From contig CAZCXH010000005.1 of NCBI GenBank assembly GCA_964502525.1, positions 1 through 63,152 on the forward strand: a DNA stretch of 63,152 bases, given 5' to 3'. The position numbers and the translations under genes are program-made. A model generated the notes under the pieces. That model saw nothing but the letters and a program-made list of their open reading frames with translations, was not told where the DNA came from and ran no database searches. Positions 45,641-55,027 of the stretch are shown here, in pieces. Each line of letters begins with the position of its first letter. The first letter of the stretch is position 1. This DNA is from an uncultured Chitinophagaceae bacterium. Its GTDB lineage: Bacteria; Bacteroidota; Bacteroidia; Chitinophagales; CAIOSU01.

Positions 45641-48439
45641 ATGCAGCATCTTTCATTTACAGTTAACGACAAGGACTATGAACTGCTGGTTGAGGCTGAT
45701 GAAACGCTGGCGAGTGTCATCCGATACCGTTTGCAACTCACCGGTACGAAAATCGGCTGCGAGCAGGGTTCATGTGGCGCTTGCACGGTGTTGGCCAATG
45801 GCAAGCCGGTGTTGAGTTGCATCAGTCCTGCGCTGAAGTTTCAGGCTTGCAAGATACAAACCATCGAGGGGGTTGAAATGAACGGCACACTCCACCCGGT
45901 GCAGCAAAAATTCATCGAGAAGGGCGCCCTGCAATGCGGCTACTGCACACCGGGCATGGTGCTTACCGCAAAAGCCTTTCTGGAAAAAAATCCTAACCCG
46001 ACCGTTGCCGAAATCAAGGAAGCCATCTCGGGAAACCTCTGCCGCTGCACAGGCTACAAGAAAATTATTGAGGCTGTCCGTGAAGCAGCAGATGCCATGA
46101 CAGGCAAAAATGAAGCGCCCGCATCCGCAAAAAAGCCGGAGGGCGAATACGCCATTATCGGCAAATCGCTTCCGATTATTGAAGCCCGTGAAAAAGTAAC
46201 GGGAAGAGCAGGATATGCCGATGATATTCCAATAGCCGGTGCGCTGGTGTGCAAGTTTCTGCGGTCATCCGTTCCCCATGCCATCATCCGGGAAATTGAT
46301 ACCAGCGCGGCAGAACAAATGAAAGGCGTCCATGCGGTGGTGACGGGGAAGGAGTTGCCTGAAACATTTGGCGTACTGCCTATCTCACAAGACCAGACTG
46401 CGCTTGCCATTGACAAGGTGCGCTTCGTTGGGGAGATCGTGGCTGCCGTGGCTGCCGACAGCGCGGCTATCGCTGACGAGGCGCTGCAGAAAATAAAAAT
46501 CAAATACAAACCACTGCCCGCATATCTCCGGTGGGAAGACTCCCTCAGACCTGCTTCCGGTGATGAATTGATTCACCGCTATTCTGACAAATACAAATGC
46601 AACACGCATAAGGTGGCGGAACTTCGGTTTGGCGACCAGCAGCGCGATTTCAATGATGCCGCCCATGTGCTGGAGGATACGTTTGATTTCGCAGGATTGA
46701 ATCATGCGTTCACCGAGCCGCATGCCTGCGTTGCGTGGTGGGAAAAAGGCGACAATCTCACGCTGATTACAGCCACGCAGGTTCCGCATTATGTGCATCT
46801 TGCCTTATCGAAAGTATTGAAAGTTCCCACCGGTAAGATACGCGTGGTAAAGCCAACCATAGGTAGCGGATTTGGCGGCAAGAGCGATCCCTTTGCGCAT
46901 GAAATCATTGCCGCTCACCTGTCGCGGAAAACAGGAAAGCCTGTGAAGGTGCGCCTTTCCAGGGAGGAGGTGTTTCTCACGAATCATGGACGCCACCCGA
47001 CTCACCTCTCGATGAAAATGGGAATGGACAAAGAAGGCAGGTTCAAATCGCTCGATGCCGATATTGTGATTGACGGAGGCGCCTTTGGCAGCTTTGGCGT
47101 GGTTACCACCTACTATAATGGCGTTTTGCTGCAGGCGCCTTACCATCTCAATAGTTTTGGTTTTAAATCCACCAGGGTTTACACCAACAAGCCGCCCTGT
47201 GGCGCCATGCGCGGACATGGCGCGGTGAATCCGCGGTTTGCCATGGAAGTTTTGATTGACCGGATAGCCGAAAAAGCGGGCATGGACCCCTGCGAGCTGC
47301 GGCTCAGGAATTTCTTGAATGAAAATTCATTTACGCTCGGACAATACCGCATCACGAGCAACGGCATAGCGGATGCGCTCACCACCGTGGTGGCGCAAAG
47401 CGGCTGGAAGAACAAATTCAGAAAGCTTCCTCACGGTCGGGGAGTTGGCGCTGCCTGCGGATTCTTCATCAGCGGCTCGGCATTGCCAATAATATGGAAT
47501 GAATATCCGCAGTCGGTGGTGCATCTGAAAGCGGATTTTGACGGACGCGTGGTGATCTATTCCGGTGCCAGTGACATCGGACAGGGAAGCGATACCATGC
47601 TGGCGATGGTGGTAGCGGAAACGCTGGGCATATCGGTGGACAAAACTTACGTTCATGCGGGCGATACGCTTTTCACTCCGGTTGACCTGGGAAGCTATTC
47701 CAGCCGGGTGACGTTCATGGCGGGCAATGCAGCAAAAATGGCTGCTGAAAAAATGAGAGATGAAATTTTAAAAGCAGTGGCGAAAAAACACGGGCAGCCG
47801 GTGAGCAGGTTTGCGGTGAAAGCCAGCAGCGTGTTAAGCGATGATGGAAAAATAAACATGCCGTGGGAAAAGGCGATTGAAATTGCCATGGCGCATCGCG
47901 GAGCGCTGAATACAAGCGGCTATTACAACTCTCCGAAATTGGGTGGCGACTTCAAGGGAGCGGGAGCGGGCTTAAGCCCTTCTTACAGTTTCGGGGCGAT
48001 GATTGCCGAAGTCGAAGTCAGCCATGAAACCGGGCAGGTGAAAGTGCTGAATCTGTGGGGCGCGCATGATTGCGGAAGGGCGATTAATCCATTGTCGGTG
48101 GAGGGGCAGTTGGAGGGTTCCTGGCACATGGGCATGGGGCAGGCGGTGAGCGAAGCGATGCATTATTACAATGGATTGCTGCTCAACCCCAACTTCCTCG
48201 AATACAAAATGCCGACCTCAAAGGATATTCCTGAGTTTCACACGAATATTATCGAGAGCGGTGACCCGGAAGGTCCCTTTGGGGCGAAGGAGTGCGGTGA
48301 GGGCGCCCTGCATCCTTCCGTTCCGGCAATCGCCAATGCCATTTACGATGCGGTTGGTGTCAGGGTGAAGCAACTGCCGATTAATGCGGAGCAGATTCTG
48401 CAGGGCATCCGAAAGCAAAAGGAGGTTAGCGAGGTATGA
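45641..48439 (+). CDS. xanthine dehydrogenase/aldehyde oxidoreductase family enzyme, fused [2Fe-2S] + molybdopterin-binding subunits
   Basis: It has N-terminal ferredoxin motifs CEQGSCGACTV and QCGYCTPG...CRCTGY. A ~770-aa Mo-pterin-binding large-subunit region follows (..GGGFGGK-like GSGFGGKSD..). Confidence 0.85.
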   Translation: MQHLSFTVNDKDYELLVEADETLASVIRYRLQLTGTKIGCEQGSCGACTVLANGKPVLSCISPALKFQACKIQTIEGVEMNGTLHPVQQKFIEKGALQCGYCTPGMVLTAKAFLEKNPNPTVAEIKEAISGNLCRCTGYKKIIEAVREAADAMTGKNEAPASAKKPEGEYAIIGKSLPIIEAREKVTGRAGYADDIPIAGALVCKFLRSSVPHAIIREIDTSAAEQMKGVHAVVTGKELPETFGVLPISQDQTALAIDKVRFVGEIVAAVAADSAAIADEALQKIKIKYKPLPAYLRWEDSLRPASGDELIHRYSDKYKCNTHKVAELRFGDQQRDFNDAAHVLEDTFDFAGLNHAFTEPHACVAWWEKGDNLTLITATQVPHYVHLALSKVLKVPTGKIRVVKPTIGSGFGGKSDPFAHEIIAAHLSRKTGKPVKVRLSREEVFLTNHGRHPTHLSMKMGMDKEGRFKSLDADIVIDGGAFGSFGVVTTYYNGVLLQAPYHLNSFGFKSTRVYTNKPPCGAMRGHGAVNPRFAMEVLIDRIAEKAGMDPCELRLRNFLNENSFTLGQYRITSNGIADALTTVVAQSGWKNKFRKLPHGRGVGAACGFFISGSALPIIWNEYPQSVVHLKADFDGRVVIYSGASDIGQGSDTMLAMVVAETLGISVDKTYVHAGDTLFTPVDLGSYSSRVTFMAGNAAKMAAEKMRDEILKAVAKKHGQPVSRFAVKASSVLSDDGKINMPWEKAIEIAMAHRGALNTSGYYNSPKLGGDFKGAGAGLSPSYSFGAMIAEVEVSHETGQVKVLNLWGAHDCGRAINPLSVEGQLEGSWHMGMGQAVSEAMHYYNGLLLNPNFLEYKMPTSKDIPEFHTNIIESGDPEGPFGAKECGEGALHPSVPAIANAIYDAVGVRVKQLPINAEQILQGIRKQKEVSEV

Positions 48440-49386
48440 ACTCCGGGTATGCCATTCAAACTGAGAAAAAATTCCTGATGCCTGAATCAGCAGAGGAAGC
48501 GCTGAAGATGGCGCTTGTCTCAGGCGGCAACTTCAAATACATAGCCGGAGGCACCGATGTGATGGTAAACCGTTTTCAGGCGAATGAAACTTCGCGTTGC
48601 CTGATTGACCTTAGCCGCATTCAGGAGTTGAAAAAGGTGGAAAAGGACGAGACATTCTTGAATATCGGGGCAATGGTGTGTCTTGACGAACTGGCGCATT
48701 TTGCTGAAATATCTTCTGAGTTTCCGGCACTGATTGAAGCAGCGGCATCGGTGGGTTCTCCGCTGATCAGAAGCAGCGCGACATTGGGCGGAAATATTTT
48801 GTGTGAAAACCGATGCTCCTATTACAATCAGTCGGGATTCTGGCGTGAAGCTGTCGGCTTTTGCCTGAAATGCGAAGGCGACATCTGCATCGCCACGGGC
48901 AGCTTAAAATTATGCTACTCAAAATTTGTTTCCGATACCGCCCCCGCTTTGATTTGCCTGGATGCCCGGATTGAGATTGCGGATGAAAAAGGCGCTGACG
49001 TTTTACCCCTCGAGGAAATTTATACCGGTGATGGCGTTCAGCCGGTGAGCCTGCCAAAAACCGCCCTTGTAAAAAAAATACTGCTTCCTCTGAATCAGGG
49101 ATTCAAAGCGGTTTTTAAAAAGCTAAGGCAGCGCGAGAGCCTTGATTTTTCTTCGCTCACCACCTGCGTTTCCCTGAATAAAGAGGGAAAACTTAAAATT
49201 TCTATCGGGGGTGTTGACCCCAAGCCGGTGACCGTGGCGGGAGATGCAAAGAGCAATTATCAGGAATTGATTGAGAAAGCGTATAAAAAATGCAGAGCGA
49301 TTGACAATGATACCTATTCCCGCACCTACCGGAAAGACATGATTAAAACATTTCTGAAAAAAAGTTTTAAAGAGTTAGGATTGTGA
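48436..49386 (+). CDS. FAD-binding subunit of the molybdenum hydroxylase (CoxM/XdhB-like)
   Basis: Its start overlaps the upstream stop. It has the AGGTDVMV FAD-binding motif of the molybdopterin dehydrogenase FAD domain. Confidence 0.8.
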   Translation: MNSGYAIQTEKKFLMPESAEEALKMALVSGGNFKYIAGGTDVMVNRFQANETSRCLIDLSRIQELKKVEKDETFLNIGAMVCLDELAHFAEISSEFPALIEAAASVGSPLIRSSATLGGNILCENRCSYYNQSGFWREAVGFCLKCEGDICIATGSLKLCYSKFVSDTAPALICLDARIEIADEKGADVLPLEEIYTGDGVQPVSLPKTALVKKILLPLNQGFKAVFKKLRQRESLDFSSLTTCVSLNKEGKLKISIGGVDPKPVTVAGDAKSNYQELIEKAYKKCRAIDNDTYSRTYRKDMIKTFLKKSFKELGL

Positions 49387-49397
49387 TTTGGCAGAAA

Positions 49398-49485
49398 GGC
49401 AGTTCTGAAAATTCGACCACTTACTCCCTCTCCATCTGGAGAGGGAAGGGGTGAGGCGATAAAAAGAGCAATTTTTAGAACTGCC
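49398..49485. repeat. palindromic repeat element, family R2 (GGAGAGGG/GGGGTGAGG type) inside an outer inverted repeat
   Basis: The outer inverted repeat is GGCAGTTCTGAAAATT / AATTTTTAGAACTGCC with one mismatch. It encloses CTCCCTCTCCATCTGGAGAGGGAAGGGGTGAGGC. Related copies are at 54001-54144. Confidence 0.65.
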
Positions 49486-49556
49486 CTTAAGAGAGAACGA
49501 GAGACGAGGGCAAGATGCGGGGATGCGTGAAAATATCATACTCTGTAACATTAAAC

Positions 49557-50399
49557 ATGAATTCGAAGGAAATATATTGGCACTCTATTGACAGTCTGAA
49601 AATCTACGGCAGATACTGGGCTCCCGGCAAGGACGTCAAAGGCGTTGTTTGCCTCGTGCATGGCATGGGCGAACATTGCAACAGGTACGATTTTGTTGGG
49701 AAATTTTTTTCGGATAACGGAATTGCTTTGGTTGCCTACGATCAGCGCGGGCATGGCAAGTCCGAGGGAAAACGCGGACACACTCCCTCCTATGAACACC
49801 TTTTGCAGGACGTGGATGTCCTGATCAGGAAAGCGAAGGAATTGTTTCCCGAGAAACCGATTATTCTTTACGGGCACAGCTTAGGCGGGAATATCGTGCT
49901 GAACTATGTCATGCGGAAAAAGCCCAATCTCAAAGGCGTGATCGCTTCAAGCCCTTACCTGAAGCTCGCCTTTGAGCCGCCCGCGTTCAAAGTGAAACTG
50001 GGACAATGGATGAAAAATATTTATCCCGCGTTAAGCCAGCCGACCGGACTGGATGCGAAAGCAATTTCAAGGATTCCCGAAGAAGTAAGGAAATACGAAG
50101 AAGATCCGCTGGTGCATGACAAGATAACCGCGATGATGTTCACCTGCACGCATGACGCAGGCTTGCGGGCTTTGGCTAATCCGCAGGAACTTGATTTGCC
50201 GCTGTTGATTTTTCATGGAACCGCTGACAGGCTCACCTCATACAATGCATCAAAAGAATTTGCGGGAAAGGTAAAAGGCGATGTAACCTTCAAGTCATTT
50301 GAAGGAGCGTATCACGAAACTCATAATGACTTATGCCGCAATGAAGTGCTGGCGATGCTGAAGGAGTGGGTGGTGCGGCATTTTAATATCCCCGGATGA
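49557..50399 (+). CDS. alpha/beta hydrolase (lysophospholipase/monoacylglycerol lipase-like)
   Basis: It has an HGMGEH oxyanion region and the nucleophile elbow GHSLGG. The ATG at 49557 is preferred. Confidence 0.8.
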   Translation: MNSKEIYWHSIDSLKIYGRYWAPGKDVKGVVCLVHGMGEHCNRYDFVGKFFSDNGIALVAYDQRGHGKSEGKRGHTPSYEHLLQDVDVLIRKAKELFPEKPIILYGHSLGGNIVLNYVMRKKPNLKGVIASSPYLKLAFEPPAFKVKLGQWMKNIYPALSQPTGLDAKAISRIPEEVRKYEEDPLVHDKITAMMFTCTHDAGLRALANPQELDLPLLIFHGTADRLTSYNASKEFAGKVKGDVTFKSFEGAYHETHNDLCRNEVLAMLKEWVVRHFNIPG

Positions 50400-51675
50400 T
50401 TTTGTTATAAAGAAACGCCATAACCGCAGTAATTAAAAAGAAGGCGAGCAGCAGAAGGCTTTCGATTTCAATTTGCGCCATTCCTCCTCCCCGCAGGAAT
50501 AAATCATTGAAAGCCTCCAACCCCCAGTTCATTGGGGAGAGTTTCCCGACTTTTTGCATCATTTCCGGCATCACATAAGACGGCACCCAGATGCCCCCCA
50601 GTGCCGCCATGATCACCACTGAGATAGAGCCAAAGACCGCAGCTTGCTGATGCGTGTTGAACAGCGTACCTACTAATAAACCATAGCCGATAGCCGCAAA
50701 CGCGATGCAAACGGAGATGATGGCGAGCGCCATGATGCCGGAGCCTAACTGTAATTTTGGAAGCCCCAACAGCGGCATCACAAACACTCCCACGGCAAGC
50801 ATTGAAACCAACTGGGCAAAACAGACCAGAAAATACACTGCGAATTTTCCTGATATTTGAATTGTAAAGGAACCGGGCAGCGTCTTCAACCTGGCAAGCA
50901 CACCCGACTCCCTTTCCTTGATGATGTTGCTTGCCAGCGGTATCACGATAAAGAACATGGCGAAGATGGTCCATGCGGGCACGTTGTGCTGAACGGAGGT
51001 GGAAAACAGCATCTCCCGTTCGGGATTGCCGGTGCTGATTTCGCTTATTCTGATGAATCCTTCTTCCGGCAAACTCAACTCAACTTTCTCCTCCGCCACT
51101 TCATTCAATTGCTTGTTCAGGGATTCCAGGATATGCTGCGTTTCCAGCTTTGAGGCATATTTTTCCAGCGACCCCTTCACGGCAGTTTTCAGCGAATGTT
51201 TAGCCGCAGGATCAAAAAAGATTTTAATCAGCGCTGAATCCATGCTCCTGTTCTCCATCGAATCATCCGTCAAGCCCATATCGGCCAATGCGCTTTTGAC
51301 CATCGCCTCGGAATTACTTTGAATTATTTCCGACACGCCCGGGGGGATGATCACTGCTATTTTGTATTTGCCGCCCGAAACGGATTTGACGGCAGCCTCT
51401 TCCGTTGCCTTTAAATCATCAATGGTTTTAGTAATGGAAAAGATGCGCGAGCCTTCCAGCCCCTTTTCAATCACTTGCCCGATTTCGCCCCGGTCGTCAT
51501 TCACCAAAACGAGAGGTATCTGCGCCTCCTGGTAATCGCGGAACGGGGCGTCCTGTATCAGCGACATGATGATGATCAGCGCCACCGGCATCAGGAACAG
51601 CATGGCAAGCCCTCCCCTGTCGCGGATAAGCAGCAGTAATTCTTTGACGAAGGATGCAACCGCTTTATCAAGCAT
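50383..51675 (-). CDS. ABC-2 type transporter permease
   Basis: 430-aa ORF with an N-terminal TM helix, a large extracytoplasmic loop and a C-terminal 5-TM ABC-2 bundle. It overlaps the ATPase gene by 8 nt. Confidence 0.8.
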   Translation of the reverse strand: MLDKAVASFVKELLLLIRDRGGLAMLFLMPVALIIIMSLIQDAPFRDYQEAQIPLVLVNDDRGEIGQVIEKGLEGSRIFSITKTIDDLKATEEAAVKSVSGGKYKIAVIIPPGVSEIIQSNSEAMVKSALADMGLTDDSMENRSMDSALIKIFFDPAAKHSLKTAVKGSLEKYASKLETQHILESLNKQLNEVAEEKVELSLPEEGFIRISEISTGNPEREMLFSTSVQHNVPAWTIFAMFFIVIPLASNIIKERESGVLARLKTLPGSFTIQISGKFAVYFLVCFAQLVSMLAVGVFVMPLLGLPKLQLGSGIMALAIISVCIAFAAIGYGLLVGTLFNTHQQAAVFGSISVVIMAALGGIWVPSYVMPEMMQKVGKLSPMNWGLEAFNDLFLRGGGMAQIEIESLLLLAFFLITAVMAFLYNKIIRGY

Positions 51676-52420
51676 CCGTCAAGTCGTGTTCAGTGAGGTC
51701 AAGAAAAACGCTTTCAAGGTCGGTGCAGCCTGCGTTGGCAGCAATCAGATCCTGCGGTACGCCCTGGCAAATTATTTTTCCCCTGTCCATGATAGCTACG
51801 CGTGTGCAGAATTTTTCAGCTTCGCCCAATTGGTGGGAAGTGTAAACTATCGTGGCGCCCTGTTCATTCATCTTCAGCAGGTGATCGAGGATTATTTTTT
51901 TGGAATGGATGTCAATCGCCACTGTCGGCTCATCGAGAATCAGAATTTGCGGCTGATGCAGTATGCCCGCAATCATATTCATCCTTCTTTTCATCCCTTC
52001 GGAGAAGGTGTTGATGATCTGGCCGGCACTTGAAGCGAGTGAAAACAAGTTAAGATAATAATCAATCCTGTTTTCCAGTTCCTGACTTCCGATTCCGTAC
52101 ATCCTGCCGAAAAAAGCGAGGTTTTCCCGGGCGGTAAGATTTTCGTAGAGCGCAATGCTTTGCGGAACCACGCCTATCACCGGCTTTATCCTTGCAAAAT
52201 CCTGTTCCACGGAGAGTCCGTTGATAAAAACTTTTCCGGCTGTTGATTCCAGTAATCCGGTAAGAATGGATAATGTTGTCGTTTTTCCCGCTCCATTAGG
52301 TCCCAGCAACCCGAAGATTTCCTTTTTGCTGACCTCAAGTGAAAGATCCTCAACAACCGGCTTTTCCCTGTTCTTGTAGCATTTGGTGATGCCTTCTATC
52401 CTGATGATACTCTCCTTCAT
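51668..52420 (-). CDS. ABC transporter ATP-binding protein
   Basis: It has a Walker A GPNGAGKTT, the signature FSEGMKRR and a Walker B ILILDEPT. Confidence 0.9.
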   Translation of the reverse strand: MKESIIRIEGITKCYKNREKPVVEDLSLEVSKKEIFGLLGPNGAGKTTTLSILTGLLESTAGKVFINGLSVEQDFARIKPVIGVVPQSIALYENLTARENLAFFGRMYGIGSQELENRIDYYLNLFSLASSAGQIINTFSEGMKRRMNMIAGILHQPQILILDEPTVAIDIHSKKIILDHLLKMNEQGATIVYTSHQLGEAEKFCTRVAIMDRGKIICQGVPQDLIAANAGCTDLESVFLDLTEHDLTDA

Positions 52421-52496
52421 GATGATTTAAAAGTTCAGAAATGCAGAAACCACACAGGATGTGGGGCAGCAGTAATCGTTATTCGGAGTTCACCTA

Positions 52497-52574
52497 TTAA
52501 TCCCGAAGGGATGACATAATTATAGCGATCACATTGAACACCTGTCTCTGAACCCCGAAGGGGTGACATGATTA
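52497..52574 (+). repeat. two direct copies of a CCCGAAGGG-hairpin repeat
   Basis: TCCCGAAGGGATGACATAATTA (52501-52522) and CCCCGAAGGGGTGACATGATTA (52553-52574). Confidence 0.6.
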
Positions 52575-52683
52575 GTCTTACTCTATCCATTCAAACAAAT
52601 ATTTCTCATTGTGCTTAATCTGAAACTTTTTCAGAAACCTAATATAACATGAGTTATGGATTCAAAACTACCTCGCAACTATC

Positions 52684-52821
52684 TTCATTGCCGTCCGCTT
52701 TAGCGGACGGGTTGAGAATCAAGAGCAAAAGGGCTTTAGCCAAAATCCTAACTCAAATTTTTTGGCTAAAGCCTCATGGCCTCATGCCTTTTTCCCGTCC
52801 GCTAAAGCGGACGGCAATGAA
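52684..52821. repeat. nested palindromic repeat element, family R1 (copy 2)
   Basis: Perfect 27-28-bp terminal inverted repeats, TTCATTGCCGTCCGCTTTAGCGGACGG and CCGTCCGCTAAAGCGGACGGCAATGAA. The inner perfect 14-bp inverted repeat is GGCTTTAGCCAAAA / TTTTGGCTAAAGCC. The arm hairpin is CCGTCCGC TTTA GCGGACGG. Confidence 0.85.
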
Positions 52822-52831
52822 TTTCAATAAG

Positions 52832-52934
52832 TTATACCGAAACAAGTCAGGTTTTCGAAAATTGAACCGTAGAATATTCGGTATTAACCGAGAGTACGTC
52901 TCGTTCCTTCGGAAACTCGACTACTCTCGGTATA
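52832..52934 (+). repeat. structured ~103-nt repeat, family R3 (copy X)
   Basis: By hand alignment it differs from the reverse complement of 60616-60718 by 7 substitutions and 2 single-base indels. It contains the hairpins ATACCGAA...TTCGGTAT and CCGAGAGTA...TACTCTCGG. Confidence 0.85.
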
Positions 52935-52985
52935 ATATGAAATTCACAATGTGTTCCCCTTTGGTTCCTGCATTTTTATCGGAAC

Positions 52986-53984
52986 TTAGAACAGCTTCAT
53001 CAATTTTCTGAATATATTTTCTTCCCTGTCGGCACAGTCCAATAAAATTTGCGAGAGCGTATCATAAGAACCATTGCTTGTTTCGCGCCCCTTGCACACC
53101 CTCCCACCGAGAAATGCGAACTCGCGCCAGCGGTCGCCTGTTTCGGTCATTTCCTTTGAAATATCAAAAAGGTTCTTTCGGTTTAACACCTGCGAAGCTT
53201 CCTGCAGGAATGCCGCAAAGATAAATCTGAACCCTGCTCCCCCAGTGCCGATCTCCTCCTGCATGCGGATGATATTTCCCAAATAGAGCGCTGCCTTTTC
53301 ATCACCGAGCCTGGAAGGATATTTCTGCAGCCGCCTTGCGAGCATCCTGATGCTTTTGACTCCAAAAAGCGGCACGGGGATGGTTGCCATGTCGCTTGCG
53401 GTTTTTTTGATGCCTTTGATGATGGGGCGCGACAAATCAACACTTGCGGGGACATTCACCGGGTAATACATCCTCCCCTTCGGTTCCGGCAAGCCCTTCG
53501 GGAAACGCGCCCTCAATAAATCGTTATATGAAATCACGGCTGGCTCCTCCATCACTGGGTCGCTGATAATGTAATTGCCATTCTCTTTTCCGAAAGCCAC
53601 GATGTTATGACCGTTAAAGTGGAAGCGAAATGCCCTCGGCAGATAAGGCAGGTAGAAAACACTGGTCATCAACCCGACAGGCTGCCCGGATTCAAGCATC
53701 TTGTCGAGCGCATCCATCCCTTCGATTTTATCCCTGAACTTTTTTACTTCCACCTTCACGCCCAAACGCTTTGTTACTCTCTTGAAAATATGCCCCGGCA
53801 GGATGCGGTAGGATGTAACAGGAATGTTATGTATTTTCAGAAAAGGGAAATGGCTGAAAAACAAGCCGGATCCGATTCCGAAAGCCATCGGTTCGCTCAA
53901 CTCCAAGCCATGAAACCGCAGCAGCCCGGAGGTGACGCCATTTTCGCAATGAGCGGATTGTATATGCCGGTAGGGAATTCTCAA
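52986..53984 (-). CDS. BtrH N-terminal domain (papain-like/C39-like) protein
   Basis: HCENGVTSGLLRFHGLELSEPMAFGIGSGLFF matches the BtrH_N pattern. Genes of this type accompany flexirubin-type clusters. Confidence 0.7.
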   Translation of the reverse strand: MRIPYRHIQSAHCENGVTSGLLRFHGLELSEPMAFGIGSGLFFSHFPFLKIHNIPVTSYRILPGHIFKRVTKRLGVKVEVKKFRDKIEGMDALDKMLESGQPVGLMTSVFYLPYLPRAFRFHFNGHNIVAFGKENGNYIISDPVMEEPAVISYNDLLRARFPKGLPEPKGRMYYPVNVPASVDLSRPIIKGIKKTASDMATIPVPLFGVKSIRMLARRLQKYPSRLGDEKAALYLGNIIRMQEEIGTGGAGFRFIFAAFLQEASQVLNRKNLFDISKEMTETGDRWREFAFLGGRVCKGRETSNGSYDTLSQILLDCADREENIFRKLMKLF

Positions 53985-54000
53985 TGAAATGTTTATTTAC

Positions 54001-54144
54001 AAGCCTCACCCCGCCCCTCTCCGAAGGAGAGGGTGTCCAAGCAGTTTTCTTTTCCGGACATAAAATGATGGAATTTTTCTTCAAAGCCATACCGTCCGGA
54101 CTCCCCTCTCCTTTGGAGAGGGGGTGGGGGTGGGGGTGAGGCTT
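54001..54144. repeat. inverted pair of family R2 repeats
   Basis: The left arm is AAGCCTCACCCCGCCCCTCTCCGAAGGAGAGGGTGTCC (54001-54038). The right arm is GGACTCCCCTCTCCTTTGGAGAGGGGGTGGGGGTGGGGGTGAGGCTT (54098-54144). Each arm has its own CCTCTCC/GGAGAGG hairpin. Confidence 0.75.
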
Positions 54145-54542
54145 TAGTCCAGTTTTGAAATATCGTTCGCATCAATTTTAAACACATGAGCATAATTCCG
54201 AACAATTTCCGGTTCCAAAGCAGCGAAAACATCCGGTTTCAGGTGTTCCCTGATTTTTCCGACAGAAAGTCCGGCATACTTGCTCAACAGTTTTTCATCC
54301 ATCATGTTTTTCGCCATGTGATAAGCCAAAGGACTTAACTCTCCTTTCAACACTTTTTCTTTCGCATCCGCTATTTCCTTATTCACGACATCCCACGCTC
54401 TTTCCAGCGCGACATTTTCAGGCTCCCATCCAACACTTTTTACGGTGGTGTACCTGCCGTCTTTGTCAACCGCGTACTTCAATACCTTGAATTTTCCTTC
54501 GAGCATATTCGCGTCATCCTGGGGCACTTTGTCCTTGTCCAT
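54144..54542 (-). CDS. hypothetical protein within the pigment cluster
   Basis: 132-aa ORF packed 5 nt downstream of the hotdog-fold gene. There is no motif I recognise, and its stop overlaps the R2 repeat. Confidence 0.55.
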   Translation of the reverse strand: MDKDKVPQDDANMLEGKFKVLKYAVDKDGRYTTVKSVGWEPENVALERAWDVVNKEIADAKEKVLKGELSPLAYHMAKNMMDEKLLSKYAGLSVGKIREHLKPDVFAALEPEIVRNYAHVFKIDANDISKLD

Positions 54543-54547
54543 TCGAT

Positions 54548-54973
54548 TCAGGCTGATTTATCCATGAAAATCTTCATCTCACAATCTGCAACCGGCTTCC
54601 CTTCACAAGTTATTTCTCCCTTTGCAACCGCAACATCCATTATTTCGGTTTCAATTTTAATTTTGGTCTGAATTTTTCTTCCTGCTTCGGGGAGGAAATG
54701 TATGCGAAGATTCTTTATTCCTCCGATATAGCCTAAAGGCGGTTTTCCGATCGAGCCGCTTTTCACTTCTTTGGTAAAAAGGTAGCCGGAATTGAGGGCG
54801 GCAGTCTGCGCGATATTTTCAATCAATCCTGATTCGGTGAACATTCCGTTTTCACAAAAAATATTATCAGCCCTGATTTCCAGGACAGAAACGGTTTCGT
54901 TGCCTTCTGTGGAGATATGCTCGTCTATCATTATCATTGGAGGTCGCTGCGGGATGAAATCGGCTATGTTCAT
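54548..54973 (-). CDS. hotdog-fold protein (FabZ/FabA-like dehydratase or thioesterase)
   Basis: 141-aa ORF. Its size, the PQRPPMIMIDE N-terminal motif typical of FabZ-like proteins, and its cluster context support the call. Confidence 0.6.
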   Translation of the reverse strand: MNIADFIPQRPPMIMIDEHISTEGNETVSVLEIRADNIFCENGMFTESGLIENIAQTAALNSGYLFTKEVKSGSIGKPPLGYIGGIKNLRIHFLPEAGRKIQTKIKIETEIMDVAVAKGEITCEGKPVADCEMKIFMDKSA

Positions 54974-55027
54974 ACTCTGGGTATTTCACAGATTCCATCT
55001 CTCCGGCAGATGGAATCTGTTATAGAA

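Noticed and set aside
52649-53011. 120-aa plus-strand ORF.
   Set aside because: It reads straight through the R1 and R3 repeat elements and into the antisense of the BtrH-like gene. Peptides of the SALADGL/LKRTAMN type are a typical artefact of translating these palindromic repeats.
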